The notes beneath the pieces are model-generated. The model searched no databases. It had not been told where the DNA came from and was given only the letters and a program-made list of their open reading frames with translations. Below, one piece after another: positions 26,721 through 36,937 of a stretch of DNA of 64,000 nucleotides. The stretch is from sequence record NC_048045.1, one strand, 5' to 3'. The first letter of the stretch is position 1; every line of letters starts with the position of its first letter. A program made the position numbers and the translations under genes.

Positions 26721-26924
26721 ATGTCCACCCGCGTCCAGCCCCATGACCTGCGTCTGGAGTCGGCTTTCGCCAACTTCCACGAGCGCAACCTGATGTGTCC
26801 GGAGCCGGATTGCGACTGGGGCGTGATCGACACCGGCGAGACCGACCCCGACACCTGCATCCCTATCACCAAGTCCTGCGCCGTCTGCGGCGGCAAGGGC
26901 TTCATGCCCCGGAAGGCCGCCTGA
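26721..26924 (+). CDS. Small zinc-finger-like protein
   Basis: CPEPDC...CAVCGGKG. Confidence 0.65.
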   Translation: MSTRVQPHDLRLESAFANFHERNLMCPEPDCDWGVIDTGETDPDTCIPITKSCAVCGGKGFMPRKAA

Positions 26925-27859
26925 TGACCGACGTCTACGCCCCTGATCTCTGCCTCTACCACGGCAACTGCGCCGACGGCTTCACCGCCGCCTGGGCGGT
27001 CTACCAGCGCTTCGGCGGTCTGACCCAGTACCTGCCCGCCACCTACGGCCGGCCGATCAGCGATGACGTCGTCCTGGGCCGGCACATCCTGCTGGTCGAT
27101 TTCTCCTTCAAGAAGGAGGAGTTGAAGCGCATCGCCCGGATCGCCGCCTCGGTGACGATCATCGACCACCACAAGTCGGCGGCCGAGGACCTGCGCGAGT
27201 TCATCGTCACCGACGCGCTGATGGACCTGACCCCCAACGAGTACGCCGAACTGAGCCACTTCGCCGGCAAGCTGCCGATCCGCGCGATGTTCGATATGGA
27301 TCGCTCGGGCGCGGGTATGGCCTGGGACTTCTTCATGCGGGGCAGTCCGCGCATGAAGATCATCAACTATGTCGAGGATCGCGATCTCTGGCGCTTCGTC
27401 GAGCAAGGCTCGCGCGAGGTCTCGGCCTATATCTTCGCCCACGACTACACGTTCGACAACTGGAACGCCCTGGCCGGCGAGATCGAGATCGACCTGCCGA
27501 CGGTGATCGCGGCGGGCGCTGCCATCGAGAAGAAGCACCACAAGGATATCGGCGAGCTTCTGCGCCAGACCGCCCGCGAGATGACCATCGGCGGCTACCG
27601 CGTGCCGGTCGCCAACATGCCCTACACCCTGGCCAGCGACGCGGCCAACCTGATGGCGTCGACGCCGCGCGCCGACGGCACCATGCCGGCCTTCGCCGCC
27701 TGCTACTTCGACAACAACGCCGGCAAGCGGGCCTTCTCGCTGCGGGCGATCGACGGCGGCGCCGACGTTTCTCAGGTCGCGTCCGGCTATGGCGGTGGCG
27801 GCCATGCCAAGGCCGCTGGCTTCTCGGCCCCGCAGGGCTGGGAGGGCGAGGATGCCTGA
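26924..27859 (+). CDS. DHH/DHHA1 family phosphoesterase
   Basis: YHGNCADGF, IIDHHKS, GGGGHAKAAGF. Confidence 0.9.
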   Translation: MTDVYAPDLCLYHGNCADGFTAAWAVYQRFGGLTQYLPATYGRPISDDVVLGRHILLVDFSFKKEELKRIARIAASVTIIDHHKSAAEDLREFIVTDALMDLTPNEYAELSHFAGKLPIRAMFDMDRSGAGMAWDFFMRGSPRMKIINYVEDRDLWRFVEQGSREVSAYIFAHDYTFDNWNALAGEIEIDLPTVIAAGAAIEKKHHKDIGELLRQTAREMTIGGYRVPVANMPYTLASDAANLMASTPRADGTMPAFAACYFDNNAGKRAFSLRAIDGGADVSQVASGYGGGGHAKAAGFSAPQGWEGEDA

Positions 27860-28022
27860 CGCGGTCCCCGCGCTCTCGGACGCGGCCAAGGCAGTGATGG
27901 TCCTGGAGGACCGCTACGCCTGCAATGAGGTCAAGAAGGTGGCGCTGCGGCAGTTCCGCAGCGCCATCGGTGAACTCGGCCGGGTCGCCAACCAGTTTGA
28001 GCAGGAGGTCGGCGGTGGCTGA
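27852..28022 (+). CDS. Hypothetical protein
   Basis: GGAGG SD; overlaps both neighbours. Confidence 0.6.
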   Translation: MPDAVPALSDAAKAVMVLEDRYACNEVKKVALRQFRSAIGELGRVANQFEQEVGGG

Positions 28023-28485
28023 CGAACGCCTGCCGGCGCCGCCCGAGCCGCCGGCCTACGATTTCCGCACCGATCCGACCCTGCTGGCGCGGGGCCGCAC
28101 GATCGCCGCCAGCCTGCTGGCGGGCCAGAGGATCATGCACGGCGACGAGCACACCCTGGCCCGCGCCCTGATCGTCCTGGACGAGAAGGAGGACCTGCGC
28201 GCCAAGGAAACGCTCGCCGCGCCCTGCCACCTGCTGGTCGTCGAGGGCGCGGTAGAACGCCGCCTCCTCCAGGAGATGCTCGACCCGACCACGCGCCGCA
28301 TCCACGTCACCACCGCCATGGAGCATCACGCCGTGATCGGCCGGCGGTACGCGGCGATCTTCCTGCGCTACCCGTCGATCGCGTGGTTCGAGGCCAAGAA
28401 GGTCGAGACCCATGAGTTCCAGGCCTGGGAGCGCCAGCACCTTTACCCTCGCCTCATCCGGGGCGGTCTCTATCAGCACATCTGA
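28015..28485 (+). CDS. Hypothetical protein
   Basis: GGAGG SD, GTG start. Confidence 0.7.
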   Translation: MADERLPAPPEPPAYDFRTDPTLLARGRTIAASLLAGQRIMHGDEHTLARALIVLDEKEDLRAKETLAAPCHLLVVEGAVERRLLQEMLDPTTRRIHVTTAMEHHAVIGRRYAAIFLRYPSIAWFEAKKVETHEFQAWERQHLYPRLIRGGLYQHI

Positions 28486-28491
28486 GGTCCC

Positions 28492-28653
28492 ATGGAACCC
28501 GAAGTCTTCACCGTCGACGCCACCCCGGCTAACATCCCCGCCCCGAAGCCCAAGCCGCGCGCCCGGCCCTACGAGCCCCAGCGCTTCAACAGCTTCAAGG
28601 CTGCGCTGTTCGGCACCTCGTCGCTGGTCCAGATCACCTTCTACGCCGGATGA
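28492..28653 (+). CDS. Hypothetical protein (53 aa)
   Basis: GAGG SD; ATGA overlap with the next gene. Confidence 0.6.
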   Translation: MEPEVFTVDATPANIPAPKPKPRARPYEPQRFNSFKAALFGTSSLVQITFYAG

Positions 28654-28919
28654 CCCCTTCCCGCCGCAAGGCGCTCCAAGCCCAGATCGAGACGTGCAAG
28701 GAGTCGAGCTTGGTGGTCGAGGAGTCCACCAAGCACTGGCGGCGCGACTACGAGGCCTACCACCACATCATGGTCTCGGGCGAGGTGGGGCGCTATTCCG
28801 ACGAGGCCCTGAAGGCGATCAGCTTGCGGGCCTCCGCCACCTACGAGGCGCTCTTGGACGCGCTCCGTGTACACGCCAACAACCTGGACCGCCTGAGGTC
28901 CATCAAGGGCTCCTTCTGA
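28650..28919 (+). CDS. Hypothetical protein
   Basis: Coupled on both sides. Confidence 0.7.
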   Translation: MTPSRRKALQAQIETCKESSLVVEESTKHWRRDYEAYHHIMVSGEVGRYSDEALKAISLRASATYEALLDALRVHANNLDRLRSIKGSF

Positions 28920-29362
28920 TGCGCTACTTCCTCGACACCGAGTTCAACGCGTTCGGCGGCGACCTGATCTCGCTGGCCCTGGTCCGCGAGGACGGGGCCT
29001 ACATCTACCTCATCTACCCCAGGCTCGACGAGTACGACCCCTGGGTCGCCGAGAACGTGCTGCCCAAGCTGCGCCCGACGGGCATCGCCTGCACCGAGGT
29101 CGATCAGGCGCAGGGGGCCGTCCACATCGCTGAGTTCCTGAAGGGCGACCCCTCGCCGATGATCGTCACCGACTGGCCCGACGACATCCGCTATTTCTGC
29201 GCCGCGATCATCACCGGCCCTGGCCAGATGGCGCCGATCCCCGGTCTGGCGTTCCAGATGATCCGCATCGACGCCTACCCGACCAAGCTGGCGGGCGCGA
29301 CCGAGATGCAGCACAACGCCCTGTGGGATGCGCGCGCCCTGCGCTATCTGCTGCTGTCGTGA
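28919..29362 (+). CDS. DEDDh 3'-5' exoribonuclease (Rv2179c/DUF5051-like)
   Basis: YFLDTEF..LISLALV; HNALWDARAL. Confidence 0.8.
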   Translation: MRYFLDTEFNAFGGDLISLALVREDGAYIYLIYPRLDEYDPWVAENVLPKLRPTGIACTEVDQAQGAVHIAEFLKGDPSPMIVTDWPDDIRYFCAAIITGPGQMAPIPGLAFQMIRIDAYPTKLAGATEMQHNALWDARALRYLLLS

Positions 29363-29409
29363 GGCCGACCAGCCGGCGGGGGCGCAAGAAGCCTCCGCGC
29401 AACTACCGG

Positions 29410-29891
29410 ATGATGGCGGCGACCTCCACGGCGGGGGCGTCCGCCACCCACCGCACCTATCCGGGCAAGCTGATCGCCCCCGCGCCCGGTCACTGCCGCT
29501 GGTGCAACGCCGGCATCTTCAAGCCGGACGGCACCATCAACCGGCGCAAGACCTTTTGCTCGCAGGTCTGCGTCTCCCACTACCTGCTGCGCGCCGACCC
29601 GACCGAGATGCGCCGCCACGTCTTCTTCCGCGACCAGGGGTCTGCGGCATGTGTGGACGCCGCTGGCTCTACCTGGATGATAAGTGGCAAGCCGACCACA
29701 TCGAGCCGTTGTTTATGGCGTTCGGGGACATCGCCTACTGGGAGCCCGAGAACGTCCAGGTCCTCTGCACCGATCCCTGCCACAAGCAGAAATCGGCTGA
29801 AGACATGAGGAAATACGGCTTCGTCCTGAAGCTGACCAAGCCTGCCAAGCAGGCGCAGCCCCATCGGCGCCTAGCCGAAAGGTTGGGGTGA
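29410..29891 (+). CDS. HNH endonuclease, broken by a -1 frameshift at G4 29637-29640 (probable sequence error)
   Basis: CRWC..FCSQVC; after the shift DQGVCGMC..WQADHIEPL..NVQVLCTDPCHKQKS. Confidence 0.75.
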
Positions 29892-29906
29892 GTCAAGCGC
29901 GAAAAA

Positions 29907-29945
29907 GTCGTGAATCTTGACATTCCACGAATTTTTTGCTAGAAC
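29907..29945 (+). promoter_or_regulatory. Scaffold promoter with GANTC operator
   Basis: GTCGTGAATCTTGACA-N15-GCTAGAAC, a Caulobacter sigma70-like -10. Confidence 0.8.
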
Positions 29946-30051
29946 TCCCAGCATCCCGATTGAGGCTGGCACCTCCCCGACAAAGCCAGTCGTCTCGCAA
30001 CGCGACGGGTCGTCGCCCACTCCACGGGGTCCGTGGTTAAGAGAGAAACCT

Positions 30052-30843
30052 ATGCCTGTTCTTACGTATGACACCCTCGACATGGTCCCCGAGGGCCTGC
30101 GCGAGGTGGCGAAGCAAGTCGACGGCAGCGACAAGTTCAGCGTGAACGTCGTGGCGGCCAAGACGATCGACGAGTTCCGCGACAACAACATCAAGATTTC
30201 GAAGGAGCGTGACGCGCTCCTGGAAAAGCTGGGCATCTACGAGCCGATCGTCGGCGAAGACCCCGCAGCTTTCACGACCCGGCTGGCTGAACTCCAGTCG
30301 ATCGCTCAACGGGTGGCCGACGGCGACCTGAAGGAAGGCCGCAGCCTCGACGAAGCGCTTCAGAAGCGCACCGAGGAAATGCGGAAGCAGTACGACGAGC
30401 AGCTTCAGAAGACGGGCAAGGACCGCGCCGCGTGGCAGGCCAAGCACGACGACCTGGAGAAGCGCTTCAAGCAGTCGCTGGTGTCGAACGCGATCACCGC
30501 CGCTGCCATGGCGCAGGGCTCGGGCGTCGATCCGACGGCCATCAGCGACGTGGTCCGTTCGGGCCTCGACGTCTTCAAGGTCGACGATCAGGGCCGCCTG
30601 ACCCCCTACGCGGGCGATGCTCCGATCTACGGCGCCGACGGCGTCACGCCGATGACCGCCAAGGAGTGGCTGGCCAAGCTGAAGGAGGAGAAGCCCTACT
30701 TCTTCTTCAACAGCAGCGGCGGCGGCGCCGGTGGCGACAAGACCAAGACGGTCCATGGCGTCACGGCCGAAAAGCTGAAGGGCATGTCGGCGGCCGAACG
30801 GCTGGCGATCGCCAACAACGAGAAGTCGGCGCGCCTGCGCTAA
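30052..30843 (+). CDS. Capsid scaffold protein
   Basis: Coiled-coil protein directly upstream of the MCP; GGGAGG linker. Confidence 0.7.
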   Translation: MPVLTYDTLDMVPEGLREVAKQVDGSDKFSVNVVAAKTIDEFRDNNIKISKERDALLEKLGIYEPIVGEDPAAFTTRLAELQSIAQRVADGDLKEGRSLDEALQKRTEEMRKQYDEQLQKTGKDRAAWQAKHDDLEKRFKQSLVSNAITAAAMAQGSGVDPTAISDVVRSGLDVFKVDDQGRLTPYAGDAPIYGADGVTPMTAKEWLAKLKEEKPYFFFNSSGGGAGGDKTKTVHGVTAEKLKGMSAAERLAIANNEKSARLR

Positions 30844-31005
30844 GTCACGAAACCCTGGTTTTGTGAGATGCGCCCTTCGGGGCAGGAGTTCTCCGGGCTC
30901 TCCTAAAAAGCCCGGACCCTATTCGCCCGCACGGGCATCGGAGCTTGAGCGCCTCGCTGGCGATCGCTCGAACAAGTCAAGTCACGAAACCCTGGTTTTG
31001 TGACA
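30843..31005. promoter_or_regulatory. Duplicated GTCACGAAACCCTGGTTTTGTGA site upstream of the MCP
   Basis: Copies at 30844 and 30981. Confidence 0.75.
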
Positions 31006-31103
31006 AGAAAATTCCCTCGGTGACAGCCGGTCGACCGAGGGACAGACCGAGACGGGGTCCGTCTCTCAACACGACCGGCGCGAACACCAAAAGGAGCAAG
31101 CCA

Positions 31104-32039
31104 ATGGCTGCTGTGACCCTGCTGCAAGCGTCCGAAATGGCGCTCGGCAACGACGAAGTCAAGCGCGCCGCGATCATCGAGCTTTTCGCGACGCCCGACA
31201 TCCTGCGCGTGATCCCGTTCCTGGACATCCAGGGCGGCGCGTACACCTACCTGCAAGAAGGCCAGCTCTCGGGCGTTGCCTTCCGGGGCATCAACGAGTC
31301 CTACGACACGTCGACCGGCGTGATCAACCCGCAAGTCGAGCGCCTGCGCATCGTCGGCGGTGACCTGGACGTCGACAAGGCCCTGCTGAAGACCCACGGC
31401 GCCAACGTTCGCTCGCAGCAGGAGCGCATGAAGGTCAAGGCTCTGAGCCTGTACCTCGCCGGCAAGATCGTCAACGGCGACTCGGAAAACGACCCGCGTG
31501 AGTTCGACGGTCTGCGCAAGCGCATCACCGGCTCGCAACTCTTCCCGGCCGGCAACACCGCCGGCGGCGACGCCCTGTCGCTGGCCGTCCTGGACGAAGC
31601 CATCGACGCGGTCGACGGTGCGACGCACCTGATCATGTCGAAGCGCATGCGTAACCTGCTCGCGCAGTCGGCCAACAACCCCAACGTCACCGGCTACGTG
31701 ACCTGGGACAAGGACGAGTTCGGCATGCGCGTCATGCGCTACGCCGACCTGCCGATCCTGGTGACCGACTACGACGACAAGAACCAGCAGGTCATCGACT
31801 TCAACGAAGCCAACCCCGGCGGTGGCGCCGCTGTCGGCACCTCGATCTACGTCGTCAACATCGGCGACGAAGGCGTGGTCGGCCTCCAGAACGGCATCAT
31901 GGAGATCGACGACCTGGGCGAGATCGACGCCAAGCCCGTTCTGCGCACCCGCGTCGAATGGCTGGTCTCGCTGGCCGTCCTGAGCGGCCGTGCCGCCGCT
32001 CGCGTCTGGGGCATCAAGAAGGCCGCTGTCACCCGCTAA
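31104..32039 (+). CDS. Major capsid protein
   Basis: 311 aa, AAGGAG SD; PREFDGLRKRI motif; matches phiCbK-like order scaffold-MCP-minor capsid. Confidence 0.9.
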   Translation: MAAVTLLQASEMALGNDEVKRAAIIELFATPDILRVIPFLDIQGGAYTYLQEGQLSGVAFRGINESYDTSTGVINPQVERLRIVGGDLDVDKALLKTHGANVRSQQERMKVKALSLYLAGKIVNGDSENDPREFDGLRKRITGSQLFPAGNTAGGDALSLAVLDEAIDAVDGATHLIMSKRMRNLLAQSANNPNVTGYVTWDKDEFGMRVMRYADLPILVTDYDDKNQQVIDFNEANPGGGAAVGTSIYVVNIGDEGVVGLQNGIMEIDDLGEIDAKPVLRTRVEWLVSLAVLSGRAAARVWGIKKAAVTR

Positions 32040-32049
32040 GGGTGATGGC

Positions 32050-32071
32050 TCAGGGGGCTTCGGCCCCCTGA
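32050..32071 (+). terminator. UUCG hairpin after the MCP (weak terminator or mRNA stabiliser)
   Basis: TCAGGGGGC-TTCG-GCCCCCTGA without a long T-run. Confidence 0.6.
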
Positions 32072-32115
32072 CCTTCCTGGACCTCTTCAACCCCATCTAA
32101 GCAGGAACTCCCCAG

Positions 32116-32562
32116 ATGGAATCCAAGATTCGTCACCAGTACGATGCGCTCCTGGCGCTTCAGCCGGTCGGCACCGCTGCGGTCACCGCTGACGGTTCGT
32201 CCGTGAATTCGGTCGACCTGTACCGCATCGCCAACGGTCGCGGCGACATCGCCGGCCGTTACGGCATCGGTTCGTTCGACATCGTCTTCAACTTCAAGGC
32301 GATCACCACCGGCGGCGCCAGCGCTGAGACCTACTCGGTCTCGGTCGTCACCACCGACGCGGCCGGCGCCAACCCGGTTGTCCAGCACACCTTCACGGTG
32401 GACGCTGGCCTGATCGGCGACCCCTACGTCCTGGCCTTCCACCCGGCTTCGCTGAAGCTGAAGGATGCCGACGCGGCCAAGGTGAAGCTGACCATCGACG
32501 TCGCGGGCACCGCCCCGTCGCTCGACTTCTTCGCCTTCGTGGCTCCGCACTCGCACCAGTAA
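32116..32562 (+). CDS. Minor capsid/decoration protein
   Basis: 148-aa beta-rich ORF after the MCP; AGGA SD. Confidence 0.7.
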   Translation: MESKIRHQYDALLALQPVGTAAVTADGSSVNSVDLYRIANGRGDIAGRYGIGSFDIVFNFKAITTGGASAETYSVSVVTTDAAGANPVVQHTFTVDAGLIGDPYVLAFHPASLKLKDADAAKVKLTIDVAGTAPSLDFFAFVAPHSHQ

Positions 32563-32597
32563 TGGGCGAGCCGGACCACCGGCAAGTCGACCAAGTC

Positions 32598-32632
32598 AAA
32601 CCCCGGACCTCGCGGTCCGGGGTTTTTCTTTG
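32598..32632 (+). terminator. Intrinsic terminator
   Basis: AAACCCCGGACC/GGTCCGGGGTTT plus TTCTTT. Confidence 0.85.
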
Positions 32633-32658
32633 GACCCAGCCCGGAGGCCCTCCGGACT

Positions 32659-32700
32659 GTCGTGAATCTTGACACAACGCGTGTTTCATGCCAGAAGTCA
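32659..32700 (+). promoter_or_regulatory. Promoter with GANTC operator
   Basis: GTCGTGAATCTTGACA-N15-GCCAGAAG. Confidence 0.75.
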
Positions 32701-32761
32701 AGGTCTCTTTTGCGCGGTCCTTTCAAAGGCCGCCGGCCTTCCCCGAAACGGATATTTCCCC

Positions 32762-33130
32762 ATGAGCAACAAGAACCTCGTCGAAGTCTTCTCGCCCGAA
32801 GGCAAGCGCGAACTCCACACCCGCCTGAACGCCAACGATCTGGTCAACGGCGCCGGCTGGACCTGGAAGAAGAACGCCAGCCCGGACTTCACCCCGGCCG
32901 CCCACGCGCCCTATCGCTCGACCGCCAAGAACGGCCCCGAGCCGGCCCAGGCCGTCCTCGACATGGCGGGTCACCGCAACGATCGCACGATCGAAGAAGT
33001 CACCGGCGGTGACGAAGCCGACGCCGAGGTCGAAGCTGAAGTCGAGGACGAAGTCGTCGAGCCGGCCGCCGAGGAAGCCCCGGCTCCCGCTGCTCCGGCG
33101 CGCGGTCGCGGTCGCAAGGCGGGCGCCTAA
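32762..33130 (+). CDS. Hypothetical protein, acidic C-terminus with RGRGRK
   Basis: Architecture resembles 47004-47273. Confidence 0.75.
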   Translation: MSNKNLVEVFSPEGKRELHTRLNANDLVNGAGWTWKKNASPDFTPAAHAPYRSTAKNGPEPAQAVLDMAGHRNDRTIEEVTGGDEADAEVEAEVEDEVVEPAAEEAPAPAAPARGRGRKAGA

Positions 33131-33133
33131 GCC

Positions 33134-33415
33134 ATGCTGGAACTCGGCTACTTCGCAAAGACCTGGGTGCTCGACGTGACGTCGACCTCGGACGTGTTCG
33201 ACAATCCGGGCAATGGCCAGACGTTCGTCGTCCGGGCCGACCGCAAGGTGCATCTGGCGCGCTCGAACGATGCGGGGGCCGAGGCCACCACGGACGACTG
33301 TCCGCTGCTGGAAAACGAAGCCGCGCGCTTTGCGATGGAGGCTGGCGGTTCGCTGGCCTTCATCCTGGCGGACGGCGAGACCGACGGCAAAATCTACATC
33401 ACCCAGGTGAACTAA
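33134..33415 (+). CDS. Small putative virion protein
   Basis: Beta-rich, in the structural block. Confidence 0.7.
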   Translation: MLELGYFAKTWVLDVTSTSDVFDNPGNGQTFVVRADRKVHLARSNDAGAEATTDDCPLLENEAARFAMEAGGSLAFILADGETDGKIYITQVN

Positions 33416-33418
33416 CCC

Positions 33419-33811
33419 GTGGCCAATCAGTCCTACAAGCTCCACGACGTCATCATCGCCTACGTCAAGGCCGGCAACCCGGAACTGGGGTTGCTGACCG
33501 CTGCCCCTAATCCGGACGGCACTGGCGTGGTCGAGCCCAACAGCGTCTTCGGCTATGGACGCCAAGCCATCTCGTTCGGTTCGACGGTCCGCATGACCGG
33601 CGTCGACGCCGGCAAGTCCTCGATCTCCAACACCGTTCCGATCGTCTTCGGCCCGACCGTCACCGATGGCTGGCCGACCGTCACCCACTGGGGCGTGTTC
33701 AACGAAGACGGCGACCTGCTTGATTACGGCCCGCTGCCGGCCACCCGCACCCTGCCGGTCGGGGACTCGATCTCGTTCGGCGTGGGCGCGGTGCAACTGC
33801 GCTACGCCTAA
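33419..33811 (+). CDS. Putative fibre-associated structural protein
   Basis: YGRQAISF..ISNT..IVF...GWPTVTHWGVF motif typical of small virion fibre/collar proteins. Confidence 0.7.
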   Translation: MANQSYKLHDVIIAYVKAGNPELGLLTAAPNPDGTGVVEPNSVFGYGRQAISFGSTVRMTGVDAGKSSISNTVPIVFGPTVTDGWPTVTHWGVFNEDGDLLDYGPLPATRTLPVGDSISFGVGAVQLRYA

Positions 33812-33814
33812 CCC

Positions 33815-35758
33815 ATGGCCCGCGTCTGGACCGCACGCGCCGGCGCCGTTGTCCGCTCCGAAGCGGTCCTGGTGTCGAACATCGAGCAGGCGACGGCGTT
33901 CGTCGGCGAGATCGCGTTCGAGGCCTCGCTCCAGGGCCAAGGCGCTCAGACCTCCGCCTTCGTCGCCGAGTTCGGCATCGACGGTGACTCGGTCTGGTGG
34001 CCCGGCTACCCGGTCGCCTTCGATCCGCCGTTCCGGATCATCGGCGAATTCGGGCTCAGCCTGTCCAAGAGCGGCGGCACGATCTTCCCGTTCGAGTTCG
34101 ACCGGGGCATCGACGACAAGGACGCCCTGGTCCAGGCCCTCAACGACGCGGGCTATGAGGGCGGTGGCGGGGGCACCCCGTTCGACGACAGCTTCGACAT
34201 CGTCCTGAGCGACGGCAACGAGGATGTCTCGCAAGGGGCCATCGATCTGACGGGGCTGTCGGTCGGCGAATCGATCGTCAACCTCGACGTCCTCCTGGGC
34301 AAGCTGATCCCGCCGCAGCCGGCGGCCTTCCCGAACGGGACGCTTTCGATCAGCAACGTCGCCGGCAACGATCCGCGCTTGGCGACGGGCTTCACCGACA
34401 ACGTCGCCTCGGGTCTGGCGGCGGGGACCTCGATCACCCGGATCACCTCCGCCAACGTCACGACCTTCGCCTTCAACGATGTCGGTCCGGGCAACAGCGG
34501 CACGATCGCCGCGCTCCTCAACGGCGCCGAGGCCGCCAGCCGCATCCTCACCGGGACCGACGAGGGCAACTACTCGGGTCTGATCATCTCCGATCAGAAG
34601 GACTATCCGAGCGACCGCCCTGGCTTCTGGAAGTCGATCGACGTCAGCCTGAACCTGCCGACGGTTCCGGTCGGCGTCGACAAGATCAAGCTGACCCACT
34701 CCGCAGCGGGTCAGACCAACGAGGTGGTGTTCATCCGCGACACCCTGACGGCGGTCCCGACGGTCTCGGCCGGCAGCGTCGTCCAGGAAGTCGCCGGCTC
34801 CCTGGCCTACTCGTCGAGCGTCCCCCACTACGGCACGGGCGCATCGCTGACGGTCGGGATGTCGTACAACAACCTCGCGGGCGAGACCTATTACGGCGGG
34901 TCCGACCCGGTGACGATCTCGGGCTCCAACTCGATCATCGCCGCCAAGACCCTGAGCTACGGCTCGATCGGCTTCGTCACGCCGTTCGCGCGCAACACCA
35001 CCGCCGCCCAGGCGATCAGCGCCCAGTCGATCGCCATCGACGGGACCAACGTCCACACCTCGGGCGTCATCCAGGGCGTCGCGCGCAACGTCAACGGCGC
35101 GTCCGCCACGGTCACCCTGTCGTCGACCATCATCCTGGTCAAGCGCGGGACCGCGACGGGCAAGATCGACGAGCTTTCGGTGCCGGTCACCGGCATGGGC
35201 TCGACGCCCAACGGCCTCAACGCCCTGCGCGTGGGTCTGGGCGCAGGCGACACGCCGGCCGGGACGCCCCAGTCCTGGGATCAGACGGCGGCTCTGGCGA
35301 CCCATGAAGCGGCCTGCGTCGCCGGCATCATGGGGCACAACCAGAACAACTACGCCACCGGCTATCTGCCCCAGGGGCCGAACCTGTCGGTGGGGCGCTC
35401 GGGCGCGCAGTACGTCACCCTGTCGTTCAAGCGCGCGGCGCGCTCGACCTTCAGGATCGCCATCACCGGCTCCTATGCCGGCTGCTGGGTCAAGCTGCCG
35501 GGCGTCTCCACCGCCCAGCCCAACGCCCCGAACGGCTGGTGGAACGGCTTCCAGGCCTACGACGGCGCCGGTATTCCGGGCGAGGCCGGGGACCCCAACG
35601 CCGGCTGCGCCCTGGGCGCGGTCATGAACGGGACCTCCGGGACCTTCCAGATCACCTTCGGTACGGAGTCGTCGACCAACGCGACCAACAACGAAATCCT
35701 GGTCCGCCTGAAGTTCGTCGCCGGGCAGACGCTCACGGCCCTGAGCTTCACGAACTAA
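33815..35758 (+). CDS. Large putative virion structural protein (647 aa)
   Basis: Thr/Ser/Gly-rich beta protein in the structural block. Confidence 0.75.
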   Translation: MARVWTARAGAVVRSEAVLVSNIEQATAFVGEIAFEASLQGQGAQTSAFVAEFGIDGDSVWWPGYPVAFDPPFRIIGEFGLSLSKSGGTIFPFEFDRGIDDKDALVQALNDAGYEGGGGGTPFDDSFDIVLSDGNEDVSQGAIDLTGLSVGESIVNLDVLLGKLIPPQPAAFPNGTLSISNVAGNDPRLATGFTDNVASGLAAGTSITRITSANVTTFAFNDVGPGNSGTIAALLNGAEAASRILTGTDEGNYSGLIISDQKDYPSDRPGFWKSIDVSLNLPTVPVGVDKIKLTHSAAGQTNEVVFIRDTLTAVPTVSAGSVVQEVAGSLAYSSSVPHYGTGASLTVGMSYNNLAGETYYGGSDPVTISGSNSIIAAKTLSYGSIGFVTPFARNTTAAQAISAQSIAIDGTNVHTSGVIQGVARNVNGASATVTLSSTIILVKRGTATGKIDELSVPVTGMGSTPNGLNALRVGLGAGDTPAGTPQSWDQTAALATHEAACVAGIMGHNQNNYATGYLPQGPNLSVGRSGAQYVTLSFKRAARSTFRIAITGSYAGCWVKLPGVSTAQPNAPNGWWNGFQAYDGAGIPGEAGDPNAGCALGAVMNGTSGTFQITFGTESSTNATNNEILVRLKFVAGQTLTALSFTN

Positions 35759-35768
35759 GGGGGCGGCC

Positions 35769-36467
35769 ATGGCGATCAATAGCACGGAACTCGTCGACCG
35801 CCTGATCAAGCTGGTCGCCTTCGGGGTCACCAAGACCGGCAAGGCTTCCGACAAGAGCGGCTCGAACGAATCGATCCCCTCCCCGTCCGTGGTGTTCCCC
35901 GAGAACATCTGGAACGAGAAGGGCCTTCTGCCGGCGCTGCCGCCGACCAGCGACAGCGCCCAGGTCAAGGTCTACTCGGGCGCCACGCGCATCCGAGCGA
36001 CTGCTGACCCCACGGCCCAGCCCAACGAGACGTGGCTGGCCACCTCGACCTTCGGAACGCCGTCGACGCGGCTGACCAACTTCATCGCCCCCTCGGTGGG
36101 CGGCTCGGGCTACGCGGCCCGCGTCTTCATCGGGGACCCCAATACCGGCCCGGCCGCCCGCATCTTCCCCGACACCACCGGGGAGGAGTGGACCTTCGAC
36201 TACATGGCCGGCGTCCTCAACTTCCCGACCGCCGTGCCGGGGTCCAAGACCGCCACCATTGGCTCTGGGTCCGTCAGCATCGCGGCCAACGGCATCTATC
36301 TCGAACTCTACCGCTACATCGGCGCGACCGGCGGCGGCGGAGGCGGGGTCGACCCCGACAGCCTGGGCACCATGGCGTACCAGGATGCCGATGACGTCGA
36401 CATCACCGGCGGAGCCATCCGCAACGTCGTCTTCACCAACGTCACCATCGACGGCGGTACCTTCTAA
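35769..36467 (+). CDS. Putative virion structural protein
   Basis: 232 aa; ends in LGTMAYQDADDV..IDGGTF, a fibre-type motif. Confidence 0.7.
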   Translation: MAINSTELVDRLIKLVAFGVTKTGKASDKSGSNESIPSPSVVFPENIWNEKGLLPALPPTSDSAQVKVYSGATRIRATADPTAQPNETWLATSTFGTPSTRLTNFIAPSVGGSGYAARVFIGDPNTGPAARIFPDTTGEEWTFDYMAGVLNFPTAVPGSKTATIGSGSVSIAANGIYLELYRYIGATGGGGGGVDPDSLGTMAYQDADDVDITGGAIRNVVFTNVTIDGGTF

Positions 36468-36485
36468 CCCTCAGGAGCCCCAACC

Positions 36486-36902
36486 ATGGCCTCGCTCGTC
36501 TACAACTCCATGCTGCACGATCTGGTCAATGGCGACATCGCCTTTGACACCGACACCTTCAAGGTCATGCTGGTGACCTCGGCCTACACGCCGAACAAGG
36601 ACACCCACACCCGCAAGAACCAAGTCACCAACGAGGTGACCGGCGCGGGCTACACCGCCGGCGGTCAGGCCTCGGCCGTGACCATCACGCCTGACACGGC
36701 CAACGACCGCGAGGACCTGTCCTTCGCGACCGTGACCTGGACCAGCGCCACCATCACCGCCCGCGCGGCCGTGATCTACAAGGACACCGGCACGGCCTCG
36801 ACCTCGCCGCTGATCGCCTATGTCGACTTCGGCACGGACGTGTCGTCGACCAACGCGAACTTCGCCGTGTCGTTCTCGTCGCCGCTGCGCTTCCAGAACT
36901 AA
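36486..36902 (+). CDS. Putative fibre-associated structural protein
   Basis: AGGAG SD; DTFKVMLV..GAGYTAGG..VTWTSATITARAAVIY. Confidence 0.75.
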   Translation: MASLVYNSMLHDLVNGDIAFDTDTFKVMLVTSAYTPNKDTHTRKNQVTNEVTGAGYTAGGQASAVTITPDTANDREDLSFATVTWTSATITARAAVIYKDTGTASTSPLIAYVDFGTDVSSTNANFAVSFSSPLRFQN

Positions 36903-36905
36903 TCC

Positions 36906-36937
36906 CTAAGTCACGATCCCAGCGGATCGTGACTTAG
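36906..36937. promoter_or_regulatory. Perfect 14-bp inverted repeat (GTCACG-N12-CGTGAC)
   Basis: CTAAGTCACGATCC-CAGC-GGATCGTGACTTAG. Confidence 0.8.
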
